A stretch of 63,823 bases of DNA, the filler included. It is 7 parts of 7 records of this genome, joined end to end, with 100 filler letters (N's around TTAATTAATTAA, not from the genome) between each part and the next. Parts side by side here need not be neighbours in the genome. Positions count along the whole stretch, not along the records: positions 57,136 to 63,823 come from SRR31147125_13273; 6 more parts are not named here. One strand, 5' to 3'. This document shows, in pieces, positions 59,291-63,823 of this stretch. Under the pieces are notes generated by a model. It worked only from the letters and a program-made list of their open reading frames with translations, made no database searches and was not told the origin of the DNA. The position numbers and the translations under genes were made by a program. How positions within the stretch are numbered: the stretch's first letter is position 1; each line of letters opens with the position of its first letter.

Positions 59291-61806
59291 AGGTGATGTT
59301 ATTGAAGCAATTATATAATTTCAAAGTTGTATTATTCATAGTTTTAGTAACCTTAATTACTTTACCTATTATTGTTGCAAACTTTTCCGTAAATGATTAT
59401 TTAACTAATGAAAGATACGAAGTATATTTAGACTCATTAGAAAGTCAAGTCGGCTTGCATTCTTCTCAAGTTGAAGAGATGCTTGTCGAGGTATTAAACA
59501 AACAAAATTTGGCTATTATGTTGCTTGATAGTACATATTTTTATAACGATGATATAAATAAAATTTTTGAAGAAAATGCTTATTATATTTCCTGGGAAAT
59601 CATAGATGGTTCTAGTGGGAGAGTCAACGTTTTAAATAGACAATCCTTTTCTATCGAGAATGATAGAATTGTGATTGAGACAGCAATAATATCTAATGGA
59701 ATTTTATCGCGAATAATGGTGACTACTTATGAATTAGATTTACTTATTGATTGCTTAGAAAATAATGTATCTCAAGCTATTACAGGGTTTGCTCTAGTAG
59801 ATGGTCAAACGCTTATTTATTCCAGTTTAAAGGTTCAAAACTTTAATCACGACACTATTATTTATAACAATGAAGATAGAATTATATCTGAGCAACTAGG
59901 GCGTGTTGTCGTAGCATTTAAAGATACTATAATGGGTGAAAATGTCATATTTTATTATGATATAACTGCTGTTAAAGGGCAGTTTCTACAACTGACAAAT
60001 TATTTTAATATTTTAAATTTAATGGGTATTATATTAATTGTATATATATTAAATTGGTATTCTAAAAAAGTATTAGATCCCTATACTAAAATTCAAGTAG
60101 GAATAGAAAATATTTTGAATGGGAAGGGTTATGATTTATTAGATATAGAGAGTGATAAAGAATATTCACAAGCTTACAGTCACTACAATGGCATTGTACA
60201 AAAGGCAATTGCTGATAGTAAAAAATTGAAACAAATATCCAATAGTTTGAAGAAAAAAAATAACCAAATTATTGCTATGAATGATAAGTTAGAAAATTTA
60301 AGAAATATTATAGATGATAAAAGTCAGGTTGAACAATATTATTCAGAAAGAAATAGTGGTTTAGTTGAAGATATTGATGACTTGCTTTGGGTAATGTATT
60401 TAGATGGGCAAATTAATTATGTCAATAATGTTGTCGAAACAAAGCTTGGATTTAAAGCCGAAGAATTAATAAATTCAAGTATTAAGGACTTAGTGTGTGT
60501 GCCAGAAAATGTGAATGACTGCCAGGGGGTTCTTGATGCATTTTTCAAAGAGGACATGAAAAATGTCCACTTATGGTTTAAGACCAAGTCTGGCACTCAT
60601 CAGGAAATGTTATCAGTTTCAACGTTGAAGATATTTCAAGATGGTATGTTAATTGGTGTTCAAGGTATAGGACGCGCTATCGAAAATGAAGTTTCTATGA
60701 AAAATAGGATTTATAAGAAAAACAGGGAACTGGAGTTTTTAAATGAAATAAACTCATCTCTGATCAGTAACATTCATCTAGATGATCTGCTACAAAATAT
60801 TGTGAATCGAGTCGGTGAACTATATAGTTCAGTGATGGTTACGATTCAGTTAGTTGAAGAGGCTTCTTTGAATTTGAAGGCACATCATGTTGAGACTGGT
60901 TTTGAAACATATTTAGTAGATGATGTTTTAACTGTAGAAGGTAGTGAATTTGAAGAAATTCTAAAGGAACGTGAAATAATAGTTCAAAATTTTGTTCCAT
61001 TGAATAAATATTTTGATAAACAGAATTATGATGAAGATGAGTTTGAACTTCAAATTGCCTATATTCCTCTAATTTATGAGAACAAGACGATAGGATTATT
61101 GAGTATCCTTTTAAATTATGAATTGACGGATAATGATATTAGTATTTTAAATGCTTTTTCAACTCAAGGGACAATTGTAATTGAGCGTTCTAGATTGTTT
61201 GATCAATTAAAACAAAACTTTATTAATACAATAAAAGTTCTCGCCTCGTCAATGGATGCAAAAGATAGTTATACGCAAGGTCACTCAGTTAGGGTTTCTA
61301 TGTTTGCTGTCTTGTTGGCAAAAAAATTAAATCTTTCAAGTATAGTCATAGATAAAATTGAAATTGCGGGATTGCTTCACGACATTGGAAAAATTGGTAT
61401 ATTAGATGAAATTTTGACCAAAACAGGGCGGCTAAGTGATGAGGAGTTTGAAGAAATTAAAAATCATCCTCTCTATGCCAAAGATGTATTGGCCCCAATC
61501 GGTTTAGATCAAGAAATTATTGATGGTATTTATTATCACCATGTGAGATATGACTTAAAAGGTTATCCTTCGGAACATCAATTAAAGCATTTGTCTCTAA
61601 TTCCTGCTATAATAGGAGTTGCTGATGCCTTTGATGCTATGACGAGCAATCGATCATATCAAAGACAAAAAACCATTGAAGAGAGTTTTGAAGAACTGGT
61701 TAAGTACTCGGGAAAACAGTTTGATCCAGTAATGGTAAAAGCAATGGAAGAAATTAAGAACAATCAATTGGAAGAATTGGAAGCTATAATAAATAATCAA
61801 GAATAG
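59287..61806 (+). CDS. Membrane-anchored PAS-GAF-HD-GYP phosphodiesterase
   Basis: 2 TM; KDSYTQGHSVRV, HDIGK, HH, GYP, VADAFDAMTSNRSY, GKQFDP. Confidence 0.9.
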   Translation: MKVMLLKQLYNFKVVLFIVLVTLITLPIIVANFSVNDYLTNERYEVYLDSLESQVGLHSSQVEEMLVEVLNKQNLAIMLLDSTYFYNDDINKIFEENAYYISWEIIDGSSGRVNVLNRQSFSIENDRIVIETAIISNGILSRIMVTTYELDLLIDCLENNVSQAITGFALVDGQTLIYSSLKVQNFNHDTIIYNNEDRIISEQLGRVVVAFKDTIMGENVIFYYDITAVKGQFLQLTNYFNILNLMGIILIVYILNWYSKKVLDPYTKIQVGIENILNGKGYDLLDIESDKEYSQAYSHYNGIVQKAIADSKKLKQISNSLKKKNNQIIAMNDKLENLRNIIDDKSQVEQYYSERNSGLVEDIDDLLWVMYLDGQINYVNNVVETKLGFKAEELINSSIKDLVCVPENVNDCQGVLDAFFKEDMKNVHLWFKTKSGTHQEMLSVSTLKIFQDGMLIGVQGIGRAIENEVSMKNRIYKKNRELEFLNEINSSLISNIHLDDLLQNIVNRVGELYSSVMVTIQLVEEASLNLKAHHVETGFETYLVDDVLTVEGSEFEEILKEREIIVQNFVPLNKYFDKQNYDEDEFELQIAYIPLIYENKTIGLLSILLNYELTDNDISILNAFSTQGTIVIERSRLFDQLKQNFINTIKVLASSMDAKDSYTQGHSVRVSMFAVLLAKKLNLSSIVIDKIEIAGLLHDIGKIGILDEILTKTGRLSDEEFEEIKNHPLYAKDVLAPIGLDQEIIDGIYYHHVRYDLKGYPSEHQLKHLSLIPAIIGVADAFDAMTSNRSYQRQKTIEESFEELVKYSGKQFDPVMVKAMEEIKNNQLEELEAIINNQE

Positions 61807-61818
61807 AGAGGAAGTAAA

Positions 61819-63423
61819 ATGGCCTATCAAGCATTGTATAGGAAGTTTAGACCAACTGTTTTCGGTGATGTAATTGGACAAAGTCACATTACGAATACTT
61901 TATCAAATCAGATAAAGGCAGGTAGTTTTGGACATGCATATCTTTTTACAGGTACAAGGGGAACGGGAAAAACATCCAGTGCAAAAATATTTTCAAGATC
62001 TGTAAATTGTTTAAGTCCCCATGAAGGAAATCCTTGTAATGAATGTGAAATTTGTAAGGGGATCCTTGATGAAAGTTTGATGGATGTTATTGAGATGGAT
62101 GCTGCATCTAATAACTCGGTTGATGATATTAGAGAAATTCGTGAGAATGTTAAATATCCACCTTCAAAAGGAAAATACAAAGTATACATTATTGATGAGG
62201 TTCACATGTTATCACAAGGCGCATTTAATGCCCTTTTGAAAACTTTAGAAGAACCCCCATCCTATGTTATTTTTATTTTAGCAACTACTGAACCTCAAAA
62301 GATTCCAAATACAATTTTATCAAGATGTCAGAGATATGATTTTAAAAGAGTATCTAATAAAGATTTACTAGGCCGTCTTGAATACATTTGTAATGAAGAG
62401 GAAATGGGATATGAGTTAAGTGCACTAAATATCATTGTAGAATTAGCAGAGGGTGCTGTTAGAGATGCTTTGAGTCTACTTGACCAATGTATGTCCTTTG
62501 CTACTGATAAAATTGATGACGACCTTATACAAGAGAGTCTTGGCCTTGTTCAAGATGATTTACTAATTGCTTTAATAGACGCAATCTACAATAGAAATGG
62601 CAATGTGGCCTTATCAATAATTCAAGATATCATAGATAATGGTAAGGATATTGTACAGTTCCTTAAATCAACAATTCAATTTTTAAGACATATTATGATC
62701 ATAAAAACCAGCGGAGAGTCAACCTCTATAATTGATACAACAGATGAGCGACTTGAAAAGATGCAAAAGCTAGCTGAAATATTAGATATGAATTTTATAC
62801 TGAGGTTACTTGAAATCTTCCACCAGATTATTTCTGATACCAAACAATCTACAAACAAAAGAATATTGCTTGAAATGGGTATTATTAGAGCAATTCAACC
62901 TAAATATGAAGAATCATATGAAGCACTTCTCGATAGGATTACTGCACTTGAAACACAACTAAAGAATGGTGTTGTAGTGACTGAGAAAAGCGATGTAAAA
63001 GAAGAAGTAAAAGCAGCACCAAAGCCTAAGGCAAAAGCTGTTAAGAAAGTACCTGTATCATCAGGTGAAGCTACAGAGGAATTTAACGCCATTAAAAGTC
63101 AATGGGAAGAAGTTCTTAGAAGGGTTAGAAAAAATAATCCAACTGTATATGCACTGATTATTGAAGGCAAGCCACTTTATATCAGTTCGAGGAATTTAAC
63201 AGTCGGTTTTAGGAGTGAATTTGCATTCCACATGATCAGATTATCTAATCAAGAGGAATCAAAGGTTGTTGATGACATAATTAATGAAATGTTTGATACA
63301 GATCTTTCAATTAAATGTATTGAGGTCAATGGCCTTGAAGATGATGTTGAAGAAGTAGTTGAAGAATCTGAAGAAGATGAATTTTTCAAAGGATTTGAAA
63401 ATGTGTTAGAGATTGAAGACTAA
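61819..63423 (+). CDS. dnaX: DNA polymerase III subunit gamma/tau
   Basis: YQALYRKFRP, GTRGTGKT, Zn Cys cluster, DEVHML, SRC. Confidence 0.97.
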   Translation: MAYQALYRKFRPTVFGDVIGQSHITNTLSNQIKAGSFGHAYLFTGTRGTGKTSSAKIFSRSVNCLSPHEGNPCNECEICKGILDESLMDVIEMDAASNNSVDDIREIRENVKYPPSKGKYKVYIIDEVHMLSQGAFNALLKTLEEPPSYVIFILATTEPQKIPNTILSRCQRYDFKRVSNKDLLGRLEYICNEEEMGYELSALNIIVELAEGAVRDALSLLDQCMSFATDKIDDDLIQESLGLVQDDLLIALIDAIYNRNGNVALSIIQDIIDNGKDIVQFLKSTIQFLRHIMIIKTSGESTSIIDTTDERLEKMQKLAEILDMNFILRLLEIFHQIISDTKQSTNKRILLEMGIIRAIQPKYEESYEALLDRITALETQLKNGVVVTEKSDVKEEVKAAPKPKAKAVKKVPVSSGEATEEFNAIKSQWEEVLRRVRKNNPTVYALIIEGKPLYISSRNLTVGFRSEFAFHMIRLSNQEESKVVDDIINEMFDTDLSIKCIEVNGLEDDVEEVVEESEEDEFFKGFENVLEIED

Positions 63424-63465
63424 CATGTTATAATATTATAGAGATTTTTAAGGAGGTATTTTAGA

Positions 63466-63804
63466 ATGGCTAAAGGAAGAAAACCCATGATGCCTGGGAA
63501 TATGAACAACATGATGAAACAAGTTCAAAAAATGCAAAAGGACATGGCAAAAGCACAAGAAGAAGTTGAAAAGGCATCATTTGAAGCAACTGCAGGTGGC
63601 GGTGCCATTAAAGTTGAAGTGAATGGTAAAAGAGAGCTTGTTAGCATCGAGTTAGACGAAGATATCGTTGATCCAGATGATATTGAAATGTTACAAGATT
63701 TAATTTTAGCAGCTGTTAATGAAGGTATGAGAAAAGCAGACGAAGCGATGAATAAGACAATGGGCAAATTTACAGGTGGTATGAATATTCCTGGAATGTT
63801 TTAG
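63466..63804 (+). CDS. ybaB: YbaB/EbfC nucleoid-associated protein
   Basis: [25 protein letters not shown]. Confidence 0.95.
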   Translation: MAKGRKPMMPGNMNNMMKQVQKMQKDMAKAQEEVEKASFEATAGGGAIKVEVNGKRELVSIELDEDIVDPDDIEMLQDLILAAVNEGMRKADEAMNKTMGKFTGGMNIPGMF

Positions 63805-63811
63805 GTGATAT

Positions 63812-63823
63812 ATGTCTAGATTT
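63812..63823 (+). CDS. recR: Start of probable recR
   Basis: AGGTGA SD plus ATG; called from conserved dnaX-ybaB-recR synteny only. Confidence 0.55.

Noticed and set aside
61819-63423. Programmed gamma/tau frameshift in dnaX
   Set aside because: No A-AAA-AAG or long A run was seen in the linker region, and the ORF is continuous.

Overview
This window is not one locus. It is seven unrelated contigs joined by 100-nt N spacers, each containing an artificial TTAATTAATTAA linker, so no linkage across spacers should be inferred. Taxa below are inferred from gene style and content only. (1) 1-20140, Spirochaetaceae-like: mscS, a frameshift-split MMPL/RND gene, a glycolipid synthase and glf, then an apparently uncharacterised sugar-catabolic cluster (DeoR, FGGY kinase, AraA-like isomerase, amidohydrolase, URO-D/MtaA-like protein, sugar ABC transporter, class-III aminotransferase). 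Its two divergent promoter regions carry phased operator-like repeats, and one carries a MITE-like inverted repeat. (2) 20241-29226, low-GC anaerobe: two Fe-S flavoenzyme (OYE/BaiCD-like) reductases, an MFS transporter, thiolase, LysR and a two-subunit CoA transferase. (3) 29327-37477, Acholeplasmatales-like: LtaS-like protein, DUF1361, uppP, DUF368, a galU whose natural start is out of frame at an A-AAA-AAG site, and an Ile T-box. (4) 37578-43171, FCB-group-like: miaA, nadC and two secreted phosphoesterases with a shared upstream motif. (5) 43272-49219, deltaproteobacterial-like: cheC, a response regulator, a sigma54-driven secreted dockerin-like protein, an acyl-CoA ligase and another secreted protein. 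(6) 49320-57035, Bacteroidota: probable lemA 3' end, two DUF3137 paralogs, an array of secreted unknowns (two sharing an unnamed domain), DUF3078 and heptamer repeat tracts. (7) 57136-63823, Clostridia-like: a degenerate/intact PAS-GAF-HD-GYP pair directly upstream of dnaX-ybaB-recR. No CRISPR array, rRNA, tRNA or transposase was recognised.
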